Assembly (NCBI RefSeq): GCF_036321535.1
Contig: NC_087437.1
Coordinates: 72,232,001-72,296,000, forward strand
Direction of reading: 5' to 3'
From: Camelus dromedarius
Lineage: Eukaryota
Length of the DNA: 64,000 nucleotides
In this document: in pieces, positions 25,551-40,439 of the stretch
How positions within the stretch are numbered: the stretch's first letter is position 1
Layout: each line of letters starts with the position of its first letter
Notes under the pieces: model-generated
The model's input: only the letters and a program-made list of their open reading frames with translations
Databases searched by the model: none
Told to the model about the DNA's origin: nothing
Translations under genes and position numbers: made by a program

Positions 25551-27914
25551 GAGAGAGAGGATGAGAGAGTTTATAGGCACTATAGGCTGTCTTATGACAT
25601 TAGTTAGGCACCTATGCCCTCAAAAATCATTATCTCCATTCATTATATTGTGCACTCACTGGGTAATCTTACTAAAACCTGAAGGGTGAACGTCATCTGC
25701 ATCAACCAGTTGGGGTTATATCTGCTTAGAGCAGGAAAGAGCTTTAAGTAATTATTATAGTGGGAAATTCCAGGGGGGAGGAGGGGACTAGGGGAGTTTA
25801 CAGATGGGCAGTAAGGACAAGAAGTAGGCCAGAGCTCCACCAAGACCAGAACCAGAAAACTAAAGAGGAATGAGGTGGAACCTGATGACCAACAAATGAC
25901 AGTTAAAACCAGTGTGGATGACAGCTCTAAATCCTGAGAGGTCAGGACTAAGGACTATGGGAAGGAAAGGAAACAGTGCTCATCACACACAGGCAGAGGT
26001 GGCAGGGGTGATGGACAGAGCTCTAGAGACATTTGCAAGAACCCCTTCTCTTGCCTTTGGTTCTTGAAGGATGCTGATCTCTCTGGACCTGGGGACTCTG
26101 CGGAACTGATCTGGAGCCCTGGAGTGTATGTGTGCACATAGTGGCCCATCAAAGAAAAAACTACTTTCCTATCTTCAGAAAAGGAACTTCTGTTTCTATT
26201 TAAATTGATGCAATTATTTAGAAAACTATTTAGAAGGTATATTTCTGGTTTTTTTACATTTGACATTTCAAGGGGGCCCTTGCTGTAAAAGGGCAACAAA
26301 TTTGAAGTGAGACCATGAAGACAGTAGTAAGAAGCCATGAGATGATATCGTTTCAATAGTCACTTGAAAAATATGGGTTCACATAAATATTTTGCACTGC
26401 AGGAGTAGCCACAGGAACAGAAATTTCTACAAAAGAATCTGTGTGATGTCAGTTTTGGACTGCATTTTGAGAGTAATGGTTCCATCCAGGAATGATTAGA
26501 TGTTGCTATTCTGCCATGTTTTTAAAAGCTTTCTTTAAATCCACATCACAATGATAAGAACATGCTGTAGAAACCAAGCAAGCTCATGGGAATGGTATTA
26601 GAGAATGAAGCTTTGGCCTTAAAGATTCTTGTTTTGATCCAAAACACTCTGTGACGACTAACTGCTTACCAGTAGTTTCATAATTGCAGTCTGCACAAAA
26701 ATAGAGCAAAACACATTGTGACTAAAGACACATTACATATTAAATATTAGATATTTATTAAATGTTAAATATTAAAGATGCAAATTAGATGATGGGTAGT
26801 AAAAGCAGATTAGCATAGATTTGTAAAATATGAATAAACTGAACTTCCTGTTAGAAATCATACTGAAACATACTACTCTTCCAAGCAAGTAGTTTCAGAC
26901 TTGGCTGTCCAAATGTATGTTGAGAAGGAGAAGTTAAAGAAATATGTAGATTTACGATAAAAAGAAAACACATATATTAAATCATCATCATTATCATCAG
27001 ACATTACTTAACTCCATTTTTGTATACTTGTGTTAACCAAACACAAAATTTCAAGCCCAGTGATTTAACCTCAGTTTTAAAACACTATGAAAGAGGACCC
27101 CAAAATACAAATTTAAAGTTTCCCCTTTTGACTTTAGAAATGAAAAAATGTTGTTAAATCAGAAGAAAATCTTACCCAAATTTCACATGAAGAGAAAGCA
27201 GAAAATTTGGATAATTCAATGATAAATTCAAGTTTTCATTTAAATTTTAATAGGTATCAAAATAAACCGTGCTTAGAAATAAAAGCAATACTGTCTTCCC
27301 TTGTAAAATACAGGAGATAATATTTACTTCATCAGATGTTCACTTAAATAAAGTCCTGGCATGAGGAGATTGCCCAGTATATGTTTATTTCCTCTCTTCA
27401 AGGCAATGATCAAAATGAAAGTATGAATATTCCTCTGCATCACTTAGGACAAAATAAATTGTGATGGGAATTTAACTATTTCTCATTCTTAGATCAAAAG
27501 CAGGGAATTATAGAGGTAAAGAAATCTCTAGAAAATTATTTCCTCCCTTCCAACAGGAGACCCCCATCTGCCCTCAGTGATACCGTTGAATTTGGCAGTT
27601 ATGAGTAATACTCTACCCCATATTTTCTAACTCTGATGATTACAGTTAAAATAACTCTTGAAATTTCTTTCTAAAATAGAATTATAGAGCAATTAAGGGT
27701 GAAAAAACAAACGAAACACAGCTTACAGGCACTGATGCTTTGACGGAAAACACATACTATGATCATGAGATCTGAGTTTCAATTCCAGCTACACACACTA
27801 GCACCGAATGCCCTTGAGGACTTCATTTCCCTGCCTGTGCGATAGAGATGATACCCGCTGTGAGATTAAAATAGCTCACACAGAACATTTGGCCCACTGC
27901 TGGTCTCATAATAT

Positions 27915-28760
27915 TGACTCATTCATTCAGCAATGTTTAATGAGGTTTTACATTATGTCTGGCAATGTGCTAGGCACTGGAAATACAGCAGAGAAAAAGC
28001 AGACATGGTTCTGTCCTCATGGAGCTTAAAACATGGCAGAAGAGGCATGCATTAAGAAAGGCACAAATAATAATTTGATTAATAAGAAAAAGTTAATCCT
28101 GACCAAAAATGAATATTCCCCTTCCTCTGCCCTCATTTGTAATAAAGAGAACACCTGTGCCTTCTACTTTAACTTCTGAGAATTTAAGTGAATCCATGAA
28201 TGTGAATCCACTTTGGAAATTATAAAGCTTTCAACAAATGTCTAGTGCCATATTTGTAACAAAATTTATGAACATATACTAATTGCAATGTCCTAGGGAA
28301 AGTACAAAGATAAACTGGATGCAAGTTCTGCTCCTGCGAGGAGAGGCAGAGAAGCTGGGCACTGTGGGCCATGATTCCAGGCATAAAGCATTAACAGGTG
28401 CTTTGAGAGAGGGAAGGGAAAGAGAGGGGGTGTTTGAGGAGGCAGAGATGGGCTCATTTGGGAAGACTTTATGCAGCAGGTGCATTTGGACTTGAAGGGA
28501 TCAGATAATAGACCAAGCAAAAGTACAGAAGAGGGAGATCGTCAAGGGGCAACAAAGAAACAGTGTATGTGCATTTTGGCTAGACTGCAGAAGGCACTAA
28601 TGGCAGTAGTTGGCCATGAGAATTTGGACAAGCAGTTTGAGATTAGCTCATAGAGGACTTTGAATGTCGAGCTAAAGAGTGTGATCTGTATTTCTGACAG
28701 CTGCAAGGCATGAAAGGAGTTTGAGCAAGACAGCAACATGACTGGAGCTGTGAGTCAGGA
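27915..28760 (-). mobile_element. L2 fragments, interspersed with MIR-like pieces
   Basis: ctcattcattcagcaatgtttaatgag...tgtgctaggcactggaaatacagca...cctcatggagctta; aaggagtttgagcaagacagcaacatga. Confidence 0.6.
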
Positions 28761-30428
28761 CTGGGAGCTGTGAGGACTAATCATTCTACAACTGCATGTC
28801 AAATGGGTGGTTACAACTACTGGTATGATTTTGCTGAAGGGTTTGGGGAAAGAGCTTTTGAGGTCTTATTTTTTGGTCCTCTTGAAATCTAGTCCTGAAG
28901 CCATCAAAGTTGGAGTGGTCTAGGGAACTTGAAGCGTTTTTGTATTTGATGGTACAGAGGCATATAGACACGAAACTTCCTTTTCTGAATAACGTGAAAC
29001 TCATAATATAGATCCAATGAGTATGTTTCTGTTTTGAAAATTTTCTTTATTTTCACCAAAGAAAAGCACTCTTTGCAACTTTATCTCTCATTTGCCTCAG
29101 CACAGGTCACATTATCTATAATCTCATATCATAGAAATAAGGAAGAGAGACACCAGGAGGAAAAAACAGTGGCTCCAAAAACCAAGCTATGACTCACCAT
29201 TTCAAAAGGTACAGACCAGACAGGCCATCTGCCTGTCACACACACAGCATCCAGGAACCGCTGATCAGAGCAGTTTAATGAAATATCCCTGCTCTTGGAA
29301 GTCCCATGGGCTACGTGCACAGAACAAGCTGACCCTGACCCCCTCCCTCCCCACCCAGGAGACTCTCAGGGCCAGAACAGCTGTGGGACATGAGTGGTGG
29401 CTGGTCAGCCAATCAGCAAGCAGCTGACAGATGACAGGCTCCATTTGTGACTCTGCAGAGGTGGTGGAGGAAGCCAAGTTGCCCTGCCCAGCTGGGTTTA
29501 GAGCCTTTTGACTGAAAGAGAATAACAGATGTTCATTTAAAAAAAAAAGCCAACTACAAACCCCAAACATAATTTTATTACACAAATTCACGCCAGTGAA
29601 TATTTGGAGAATAAGAACATTTTTGCCAGCCCTCACAGAGTGTTTGGAAGACAGACACAGAGAAGGGTCTACATATTTCTAATCTCCGTCACATTTCCAC
29701 AATGAACTCCAGAGAGTGTGAGACACTGTCTTGGTATGTCCCACAGAGGAGCTTTCAGCCCTCGCTCTGGGTTTTTTTGGAGCCAGGGGACAATGTGGGA
29801 CTGGGTTTCCTATTCCCAAGGCAAGGGGGAACTAATTAAGTAGGAGCAAAACAGGTAGCTGAAGACTTTGTCCTATTACATCATGTAAAAGTCATCACAT
29901 TAAACAAACACATTTGGCATGAATTTACCAACACAGAGGAGAGTGACACTAAGCCACTCAGATAAGCTTTTAAAGAATTTGAAGTCCAGGACTGAAAATT
30001 CTCTTTATATCAAATAAGCAACCAACAACTAGGGTTGGACCCTCAGTGAAGAATGGATTATGTAATAAAGGGAGGGAGCCAGAGGTTAAGCCTTTTCTCC
30101 CAATGTGAAGCAAGTAAGTGAAAAACTCCTGTAGAGGAGAATTCTACCTCAGGACCATTCTTCAAAAGTTTCACCTCGCTGCCATGGCCCAAAAGCCAGT
30201 GTGTTTATGGGCAGCATGTGAGGTTGTGTGTTCTACAAAGGGCAACGGAGGTGCCAGAAAGGTCTTGAAAGGCTGTTTGGGCTGGTCTTTGGGTTCTAGT
30301 CTACATTTGGGGTTCTGTCTTACCTGATATGTGCTCCAAAGCCTTCCCAGCTCAATTATGAGAAGACCTAAGTGTCCACCTTGTACCAGGATTTCCTGGT
30401 TACCCAACCCTGTCCTGGGGCATTACTC

Positions 30429-31068
30429 TGTAACTGGGAAGAACAAAAATGGCTTCTAGTAAAGTAGAATTTGTGCCTGTCCAAAGCAGTCTTTCTTGAT
30501 AATTAATTATTAAGGTGTAATCTTGGGGTAGAGATAAACTTACGGTAAGAACCCCCGGTGATACCTATGGAAGAGTTTAATGCAACAGAGCTGGAGGACA
30601 TAAAGACAATCTGATGCACATGCCCTCTGGAAGATGAGACGCAAGGACTAAGAGACGAATTTCCTGTAAACGCCTGATTTACAGAAAACTGGTAGTGTCA
30701 GAATTTACTCAGATGATGGGGATTGATCAGAAGTTTTTTTCATATCAACTCCGGGAAGTTTTGCCAAAGGCACGAACAAGAGATGACCCAAGTCAGGTTG
30801 GTCTCACAAAGTGGGATGAATTGAGCTTTGTTTGTGTGACTAGATTGATTTTTGTCTGCTCAGGAAGTTTTCAAGGTTGGGCTCCATTTGCTTTTTATTT
30901 TAACTGACACTAACTGAACTCTCCCCTCTACGCTTCCTGTCCATAAATACAACCTATTCCAAACCCTCAACAGACTCATTTGCTTGTCCCAATTGCAATT
31001 CCTCTGCTATTCCCAAATAAACCATTTTTTTTGAGTTGCCTCAGTCTACCTCTTTATTTAGGTGAACA
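30429..31068 (+). mobile_element. Solo LTR, ERV1 class
   Basis: TGTAAC...GAACA termini, near-TSD actc/attc, TATA-like cataaata near 30942, AATAAA at 31016-31021. Confidence 0.65.
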
Positions 31069-32897
31069 ATTCATACATAACAATTATAGTAACCTAGTAG
31101 ACTCCTAGAATAGCATAGTAGACTCCTAGACTCTTTTAAGGGTGAACATTTATTTGAGTTGGCCAATGCTTAAATTCTCTGCTAAGGAACCTCTAACACC
31201 TTCTCCAACAGGAAGCTTACAGCCTCCCCATGCATCTCTCTTCATCTTTGAACAGCTCTGATATTGACATTTTCCTTCTGGTAAGCTGAAATGTTATCTA
31301 ATATCTAGTATTTGAGCACATGAAAGTACAGCTGTCAGGCTGCTGAAAAAACATAGTGGAGAAAAGAGAAGAACAAAAATCAACCAGGTTATTTTTTCAT
31401 TGAGATAAATTGAGTTTGAATAGCTGGGTGAACATTCAACTGGCTCTACTGCAGTTGAAAACACAGGAAGAAATTGATTCTTTCAAGCATCAGATTGTCA
31501 CACTCTGAATACCTATGAAACAATAGTTTTAAATCTCTCACTAAGTCCTTATAACATTTCAATAAACTGGTTGAATATTACTCATTTACACATAATAAAA
31601 TATTTGTTTGTTTAAAAAAACTCTTAAAGTAACTCAAAGATTTAAAACACTGTTTGATGCTCTATTTCTATCTATAATCACTTATACAGAAATCTTGATA
31701 ATTTAGACATACTAGCTGACCATGAATAGGTGTACATGTGCCATGTTATAATGTCCATCTATTTTGAGACATTAAATTAAAAATAAAATTAGTCATAACT
31801 TTTAAAAATAACGAATTATTTTATTTCTAAAAAAGAAATTAAAACCACAATCTTCTTCCTGCTTTTTTTCTTTTTCTAAGTTTTAAGTATAACTAGGTTA
31901 ATTTAGGTCCATTGTGGTGAAAACAAATTCCTTCCATCTTATTCCAAGTTTACACTCAGGCAAATGTTCTATAACTAAGTTGTCAAGACCTGTAATTAAT
32001 GAAATCACTGCTCCTAGATTTCCAAATCATGCAATTTCACTGTGCTTTAATTGGAAACAGAGGCTCTAGGGCTCTGCTTTTGCTTTGTACATGGTGATAT
32101 TCTCTATTCGATGTGCCCTGTGTCTTTAGGAGTTTTATAGTTCCAGTAAATTCTGCACAGCTCACACTGAAACAATCAAATGGTTTTCTCCTGAAGATCA
32201 TGACCTTAAGGACGTGCGTTTCTTGCTCCTCAGTGTCTTCTGCATCATACTCATCTGCTGGCTAGAGCTCAAAACCTCCTTTGCAGAAGGAAGTCTTGGG
32301 GTGCCAGGCTCCACTCAGATACTACACTGCAGGCAAACAGTCTCACTCTTCCTTTCAATCTGGTTCAACTTCGCCAGATTTCCATCGTTACCACTAGGGT
32401 CAGTGCCTAACTTTCCGATCTCACTTTTAGGCCAGGGGAGCCTTGAGGTTTCTTTCTCAAGTTCTCTGCTCACTGTTGAGGGATTCACAGCAGGAATGAA
32501 ACATTGATGTTTAAAGAAAATTATAGTGACGATCATTTGGAGGATGGATTGGAAAGGATGAGTCTGGTGGCCAGGAGACAGACTGGAAGACAATTTACAG
32601 CCTTTGAGGTGAGAGCCAACAAGAGGCATGAAGTGCAAACACTGCTCTGGCTTTGGATTTCATGACAGATTGGCACAAAATATGTAATAGATGAATCTGC
32701 TTCCAATGCTTAATCATTCCTCTCTGTGTTTGGTGCTTAGCACCTCTGCCTGACTTTTAGCTCCGTCCCATCTTGTTTTACCAGCCTTTTGCCTTAGGCT
32801 GGAAGTCAAAGCTTGTGACTGCTCTTGTGCAGACACCACTTCTCCCACCATTAGCTGAGTATTAGGCACATTTCATACATTAAAAATAATGATTATC

Positions 32898-33048
32898 GGA
32901 GGGAGGGTATAGTTCAGGTGGTAGAGTGCATGCTTAGCGTGCACAGGGTCCTGGGTTCAGTCCCCAGTATCTCCATTAAATACATACATACATACATATA
33001 TACATACATAAACAAACAAACCTAATTACCCCTCCCTGCCAAAAAATA
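32898..33048 (+). mobile_element. Vic-1-like SINE, long form with (TACA)n
   Basis: ggagggtatagttcaggtggtagagtgcatgcttagc...gggttcagtccccagta...cctaattacc. Confidence 0.9.
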
Positions 33049-33059
33049 ACCATTCTCAA

Positions 33060-33270
33060 GTCATAGACACAGATTCATAGAGACAGAAAGTAAAATAGTG
33101 GTTACCTGGGACTGAAGAAGGGGAGAAACAAAGAGTTGTTGTCCAAATAGGTACAGATTTTCAATTTGGGAAGATAAAAAAGTTGGGGAGATGGGCAGTG
33201 GTGATGCGGCAAAACCCCACACTTAAAATCACTGTAGTGGTGAGTGTTATGTACATTTTCCCTCAAGAAA
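33060..33270 (+). mobile_element. LINE-1 (L1MB-like) 3' UTR fragment
   Basis: attcatagagacagaaagtaaaatagtggttacc...ggtacagattttcaatttgggaagataaaaaagtt. Confidence 0.75.
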
Positions 33271-33458
33271 CAGACAAACCAAAAAGACTGAGAACTTTTG
33301 AAGCAAATCAACCCAAAAGTTTACCACACTTCAGGACATTTTATTTCTCTGAGCTGACAGACTTCCTGATGTTTACGGTAGTTAGCTGTAAATTTGCTGT
33401 TATTTAAACTGTGAAACACTTTAATAAAATCATTTTTAGAAAAAAATTTAATCCGGTT

Positions 33459-33486
33459 TGTATATGTATATATATGTATGTATGTA

Positions 33487-33545
<59 letters not shown>
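33459..33545. repeat. Compound microsatellite (TA/TATG)n(TG)~25
   Basis: Directly visible. Confidence 0.97.
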
Positions 33546-33546
<1 letters not shown>

Positions 33547-34559
33547 AAACCATTCATATTTTTATAGATGAAGAAACTGAAGTTCAGGGAGGTTGACAAG
33601 TCACACAACTAATGAGCAGTAAAACTGGGATTCCAGTCTAAGTTCTGGTTGCAAATTTTGTGTGGCTTTCTCAGAGGCAAAACAAATTTTATCCAATGAA
33701 CAAGTGAAAATTTCAAACATGCAAACTGTTCTCTAATAAGGAATTTTTTTTCAATCTGAGTTGTTCCTCTCATTTTGATCCAGTTACTCACTAATATTTA
33801 TTTGTACTGACTCTGGATTTTCCCAATATTTAATGCTAAGGCTTCTGCCAAAATCCACCATCACAAATTACCTGTAAAAAGACCACATGCTTTTACTTTC
33901 CACACTTAACTTTTAAGTAAAAATAGTATTTAAAACTTTGGGGTGTTACCTGTTAACATATTCAGAACGAATTCTACTTTGAACTTTTTAACTCACTTTG
34001 AAGACCACATTATATTTGATCTTCATTCTGAAATTTTTCCAATAGTCTTTGGTTACAAACATTTAAGTTACAACAATATAGTTTTTAAACAGATTTTTGA
34101 GATGTGATCACAAATGAATGTGCTTGTTTTCTTAAAAAGAAACAGCAGAGTTCAAAATAATATCATTGACTTCAAAGCAGTCATCTTGTGAGAATATATA
34201 TAGTAATATTTCAATTATTCATTCATTGAAGCATATAATTATTCTATACCAGACACTCAGAGCACTTGTAAAATTCCTTTTCCATGTTTCCTCCAAAGCC
34301 AGTTAATGAACCATGCAGGAAATGTATTACTTTATAGTGATTTATTATTTTGACCTTAAACAAACTTACACAATTTGATCATCTACATCATTCAATAGAC
34401 TTAGCTCCCAGAGACTTTAAACTAAAACTAAAATTCAACTCCAACTTCAAAGGTTGAAGAACTGACGAAGTTGAAGATATGCCAAGGATTCCTTGACATG
34501 CAGCATATACCTACTTCCACGTGCTAGCCCCTGTTCATGTCTGATCACCCCATCTTCAA

Positions 34560-34750
34560 TGAACCTTTCTTCCTTCACTCACTATCACTTATCCTGTATC
34601 GCTTTTCTTCAGAGTACTTATCTCTCACTGACAGAGTGTGAGTTCTATGAGAGTAGAGACTTTTGTCTGCTGCTGTATTTCCAACACTGGAATAATGTCC
34701 AACACTTACAAGGTGCTCCATAAATAGTTTTTGAATGAATGAATGAATAA
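34560..34750 (+). mobile_element. L2 3' end
   Basis: gtgtgagttctatgagagtagagacttttgtct...gctccataaatagtttttgaatgaatgaatgaa. Confidence 0.8.
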
Positions 34751-35419
34751 ATAAAATGAAAATTTGTATTACTTTACATAAAATGTTTCACCTCAATTTC
34801 ACAATTCCATAATTCAATGCAAGTATAGGTTGAATTTTGATGGCTTATAGTGCCATGTCTTCTGTTTCTACTATTATTATTTAATAAATAGAGATAGAGA
34901 CTCTCTGGTTCATTAACTGTGCAATTTTTTTTCTTTTCTTTCCTCTTTAAAGTGGTATGTTATAGCTGGGTTGTGTTCTGGGGCTTTGCCACTGCTCTTC
35001 TTAACTGCATTTGATTGGTACAGAGTTACAATTTTTGTTCCTTAACTGTATGTAAGGTGCTAGGAAGGACGTAAAATAAATGTAAGGCTATTCCATGTTC
35101 CAGAAGATTAAAGATCTGCTTGAAAGGACAGACCCCGTATCTGAATTATAAAAAGATCAGAAGAGTGATGCTCTACACAACACCTTCTCAGAGAAAGGAG
35201 AGTGGTTTCTCAGAGGAAGGAGTTTCTGGGAAAATCCTGTGGAAGAGATAGTATAGGGCCTGGACATTGAAGAATGAACTGAATGTGGACACATGGACTA
35301 AGGACCTCTGGAGAAAGGGCCAGAGGTGACATGGTTTAAGCTGTAGGTGAGAAAAAACCATCACCTGCTCCTGCCTTTCTCTCACCACCAGCTGCCGCTC
35401 CTCCCTGTCCGTTACCTCC

Positions 35420-36412
35420 TTCTCGTCTTCTAAATATTTTGTGCCAGGCCAGAGAACTCTTCATCTCCACCTATACTCACTCCTTAAGTGATTTCTCCCA
35501 GCCTTGTGCTTTAAATAGCCTTCCAAGTTTATAATCCCTGCCCAGCCCTCCTTGAAGGTCAGACTCGTGTACCAGCAGTCTGCTCAACCTCTGTGCCAGA
35601 ATATCAAATGGAAATTTCAAACAAAACATTTGATTCTCTCTGCCCCGAAACTATCGGCTCTATCTTCAAAATATATACCAAAGAGGATGACTTCTCTGCA
35701 CTAACACGGCCCCTGGCACCCCAATTCAATCTAGCACACCTTTTGCTCATACTAGAACAATAGCTTCCTAACTGGTCTTCCTGCTGCCAGGCTGGCCCCT
35801 GCACTCTGTCCTCCATGGATCACCCACTTGAAACCATGTATCAGGTGTTGACACATCCTTGCTTAGTCTTTCACAGTCTCTGCTTCAATGCCTATGTACT
35901 TGCGGCTCCCTCTTATTTAGAATGTTCTTTCCCTCCCCCAGTCCTTGAGTGACTTGCTCCCCTGGCTTCACTTAGATTCATTATCCTTGGCCCTTATCTA
36001 AAATGGCCTCCTCGCCTTCATCACCTTTCACTCTCTTCCCTTTTAAAGACTCTCTCCCAAGCGCATGTCTGGGCCTCGGGATATTTATTTGTTCATATTC
36101 TTATTGCATGTTTCCTATTTTTTGCTTACAAATCTTTTTTTTTAACACTTTATTTTGGGGGGTGGTAATTAGATTTGTTTATTTATTTACTTATCTATCT
36201 ATTTATTTATTTATTTTAACAGAGGTGCTGGGGATTGAACCCAGGGCCTTGTGCATGCTAAGTACATGCTCTACCACTGAGCTATACCCTCCTCTCTGCA
36301 TGTTTCCTGTTACTGGCACAGAAGCTCCATGAGGTCAGGGAGGGCTCATTTCTATATCCCTTGTGACTAGAATAATGTCTGTCATTGAATAAATATTTGC
36401 TGAATGAATGAA
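35420..36412 (+). mobile_element. L2 fragment interrupted by a SINE
   Basis: ctccacctatactcactccttaagtgatttc...tagcttcctaactggtcttcctgct...aagctccatgaggtcaggga...taaatatttgctgaatgaatgaa. Confidence 0.75.
36117..36296 (-). mobile_element. Vic-1-like SINE, long form, 12-bp TSD
   Basis: TSD TGCATGTTTCCT at 36105-36116 and 36297-36308; body gaggtgctggggattgaacccagggcc...ctaccactgagctataccct. Confidence 0.92.
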
Positions 36413-39204
36413 CTGCCATCCTGTTGGCTAATTCCTCCTCATATAAGGTGATGTCCTGAGTGACGTGATTAAAACCGGGAGTGCAGGGTCAAATACAGAG
36501 AAACAAGTAAAAGACAGGGCAATCCTAGCAGGGCAGGTGCCAGAGACAGAGCCAAGATGGGGACTGGGAAAATGAGGATGAAAGGCCTGGCAGACAACCC
36601 AGCACATCCTGCCAGGCAGTGTCTCAGACTCCTGTAGACTGTAGCGGACTTTAGAGCCAATGGAATGTACCAAGCAAGTTTTCCAGGTGCCACGCAGTGG
36701 CTGCTATGGGCGGCGTCTTTCACAGAAAAGCCTTCTCAAGGAGTCAGAGGTAAAGTCTCCAAGAGGAATGGGGCCATCGTCATGCACTGAACTTTTACAT
36801 GTGAAGAAAGCTGGCAGGACTGCTGCAGGGAGAATCACTGACTAACATTTTGTTTAGCCTCTCCAATGAGCTGTGAGCTTCTTAGGGAGAGAGCCTGCCT
36901 GGTTCTCTGTCATTCCTAGTATAAAGTCTGCACTCTTGGCAGACATTTGAGAGAATGGCTAGAAGAAGAGAGAAAGAAGTTGGATCTCTGGCTCTCTTCT
37001 TGGCTATACCTAAGGGCACGGAGAGCTGCATATTCAGAACTTTCCCATTGAAACCTGATTGATACAAATCTTTTGTATGCATTAAATGGCCAAAGGTTAA
37101 GATTTTGAACCCAGCACCATCTACGCCTTCCCAATTCACAACTAACCCCTCAAGCAAAGAAACTGAGCAGTTAAAGATTTAAAATTTGAATGTTAAAGAT
37201 TTTAAATGAGCCATTAAGTCGTTCACATAGTCCCTTAATCTCTGATATGGCAAGATACTTCCATTTACTCTAATTAGGAGTTCGATATTTTCTTACTTAA
37301 ACAAATTTCCACTTGGAAAAAAGTGCTTTCAAAGTCCAACACCCCCCAAAAAACTCTGAAGTAATCAAACCTATATGAATAAAAAGAACTTTAAAACTGT
37401 TCTTCCCAATAGTTTTGGCCACTATCTATCCAGCAACTTTTATTTTTATTTATTTTTTAACGAAGTATACAGATCCCTCAACTTTGGATCAAATCTGTGA
37501 CCTTGTTGACAGTTCAGGGACAATTTCAGAGTGTTTCATTTTGGGGATTACCCTTTCTCAGCGCCTCTCTGGGCTGCAGCAGCATCCGGATTTCACAGTC
37601 AACCGTGGGCTTTCCCCTTGACTGTGCTGTTCATTTCTTTAGTTTGTCCTACACCGTGAATACAGAGAGAGGAGTTCGCTTTCATTCTGAATGACATACG
37701 TGTGGGGGGAGCCTGAACAGTGATTACAGTCTGGAAATGGAAAGGAAAACACACAGCATTATCCTCGATGTGAATATTACTTGTGTCTCTGCCGCCAAGC
37801 TGTGACCAAATGGCCCTGCTCTTTCTCCTGCTAGGGGTACAGGTTATCACAGAGTGGGAGAGGTGGTTTCCCTTCAAGACCACAAGGCAGAGCTTGCACT
37901 TTTCCCCCCTCTTTTCTTTTCTTTCTAGTTTCCTCTTAAGCGAATGATTTTTTTCAGGCAATAGAACAATATTTTGAATCCAATCAATAAGATCCACCGA
38001 GTGTTACTCTGTGGAGGGGAACCAATTACATGAGACAGAAACCACGGTTTCTCTAGGGTGCCTGGGACAGAATATTGTCCTGAGTCTCGGTCCCAGGTTA
38101 CTGAAGCCTCACATCAGCATGGTTCCTATCAGCCAGCGCACCCACTTCTGGATGCCTCCTTACACTGACTCTGATTTTCATCAAATAATTACCCCCTATC
38201 CCAGAGTCTCTAAGGCAATTCTGTTTTGCACATTTCTTTCCTTTCCTCCCTCCAAATTACTGCACACCCAGTTAGGCAGCATCTTGCCGGTGAATTCCTA
38301 AATTAGCATTTCTAAAATCTAGTTTTGAATTTTATTCTTTTCACCTTTCTTTGACTCAACATCAACCACCCTCTCTCTTTCAAATGCTCTCCTCTCTTTC
38401 TCTATTCTACCAATTAGTTGATGTTTCTTTCTTAAGTTACAGGGAAAAAAATGGAAGGATCTAGGGAGGAAATTTTAAAAACACGGCCCTTAAATCATGG
38501 ACTAGAAATCTAGAATCATTACAAATCATATAGCACCATGGGCTTCTCCAGAAAGGAGTCATGCTAACTTGCTTCCTAATTGCTTTTATCAGACATGAGC
38601 TCCCTGGACTTTCCTGGGAGGCTTTTCTGAGGTTCCAGGGAAGGCTGTAAGTGTTGAGGTTGAAAAATCCTGGGCAGGCATCAGAAGCAGCACTTCGCCA
38701 CTGTGTCCCTGTTGGGGTGGGGAGCCCCGGGGAGACACAAAGGTGGCGGAGTTAGGTCCTCTCCTGCGTATGTGTTTAGCGCGTCATCTAGTGGCTGAAA
38801 CTCGCAGAAAGGAAGAAAGCCTGAGTGCCCCAGGAAGACACAGCTCAGGGATGGGCTGGCTTCCCATCTCGCTCAAATCCAGATCGTTAAAGTGGCTTGA
38901 TTTCAACTTAACCGGTGCAGAGATGACAAATGTTATGCACTTCGTTGGGAGGTGGGTGGAAGCCATGGGATATCCTTTTTCAAGAAAAAAGATAACAGAT
39001 TTTAAGGGCCTATTAAGAAAGGCAAAAAGGACTGATGCATAATTATTCCAGAAAGTAGGACCCTAAAAGTATAATTGCTCTGGTTGAGCAAATAAATGAG
39101 ACTCTTTTATGAACATGGGAAACACAAAAAGGCAACTGAAGGGAGAGAAAAAAGAGAAGGTACGGGAAGTAAACAGAAGGGGAGGGGCAGGATAACACAA
39201 TGCT

Positions 39205-39430
39205 TTGTGGACAGTTCTACACCTGGCTTCAACTTTCAGAGCTACTACTGAGCATTTGTGGGACAGTAAGCAATTAATTAAACTCTCTGAGCCTCAGGTT
39301 GTCCATCTGTAAAATGGGGACTGTCCCTCCTGCCTCTCAGGAATGCTGTGAGCATTAGATAAAAGAATATATGAAAGTGCCAAGCCCAGAGTGTCATGTG
39401 AAAATGTTCAATAAATGGTAGTTGTTACTA
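39205..39430 (+). mobile_element. MIR SINE
   Basis: aactctctgagcctcaggttgtccatctgtaaaatgggga...ttcaataaatggtagttgtta. Confidence 0.8.
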
Positions 39431-40439
39431 GCAGGGAGAAGCCAAAAGGAGGGGGGAACACATTATGATGTGAGAAAGGAAATCACATCTGGGACTGTCC
39501 AACTTAGCACAAGGCATTTGATCAACTTAAGAGGTGAATCCCAGGAAAGTGGAAAGCTTCTCTGACTCTGGTGGACCGAGGATCTCTGCCTACAGCCCAC
39601 CTTTGTTTTGTACTCACAAGTGTCTGAGAGGGCTCCACAGGAGGGCCTTCCTTCTTGGCACCCCTTGGTCTTCAAGCTATGGACTAAGAGCCTGACATTC
39701 AACCCCCTGCAGGTGTTCAACTCAGTGCTGGGAGCTGATGTGAAGGAAAAGGAAATGACCAGTCAGAGATGGGGCTGATCACAAGGAGCAAACTGGGGAC
39801 CATGGGGACCAGGTTTTATCTAGCGAGGGTAGCTGTTAACATGGCCGAGCTTGCTAAGAGCCTTCTGAGAACCCTGGCTTTATCACTATCTGTGGCAGTT
39901 AATACTGATTAAATGTCTTGGAGAGGCTGGAAGATATATCTGCATAACCCAAGGCACTTTCCATCCCCAGTAAAAGCTGAATCCTCGTGGCAGATCCAGG
40001 AGGTGAAGGCAAAGAGCTGCCTCAGTCGTTCCTTTGAAAACTGACAGGCTACTTCTAAGGATTTCCTAAAGCCTTCTGGACACCTGAAGCCTCTGGAGAG
40101 CAAGATGTTGCAACGCATGCACGCACGCACACACACACACACTCATGCACATGCACTCATGCCCTCTGAGGAAGCCCTTAGCCTACCACTTACAGCCAGA
40201 GCCCAGAACTGGAGATCATAACGGCCTTTCCCTGTATAATGGCGACCACAGTCTCAGGGGAGAAGCAGCATTGCCTGCATTGCTAACCTTTTACCAGCTT
40301 CCTTTCATGCCAAGGAGAAACCAGGAACAAGAAGACAGTAATACGATCCCCAATTAGCATAAAATAAAAACAACCCAGTCATGTTTTCCATGGGCTATTC
40401 CAACCTCAAACTAAACGCATGAAGCCAGGAGAAAGAGAT

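Noticed and set aside
1..40400. Many 60-135 aa ORFs in the upstream region
   Set aside because: None resembles a protein I recognise, many start at GTG/TTG or overlap repeats, and no consistent exon chain is visible. A lncRNA cannot be excluded from sequence alone.
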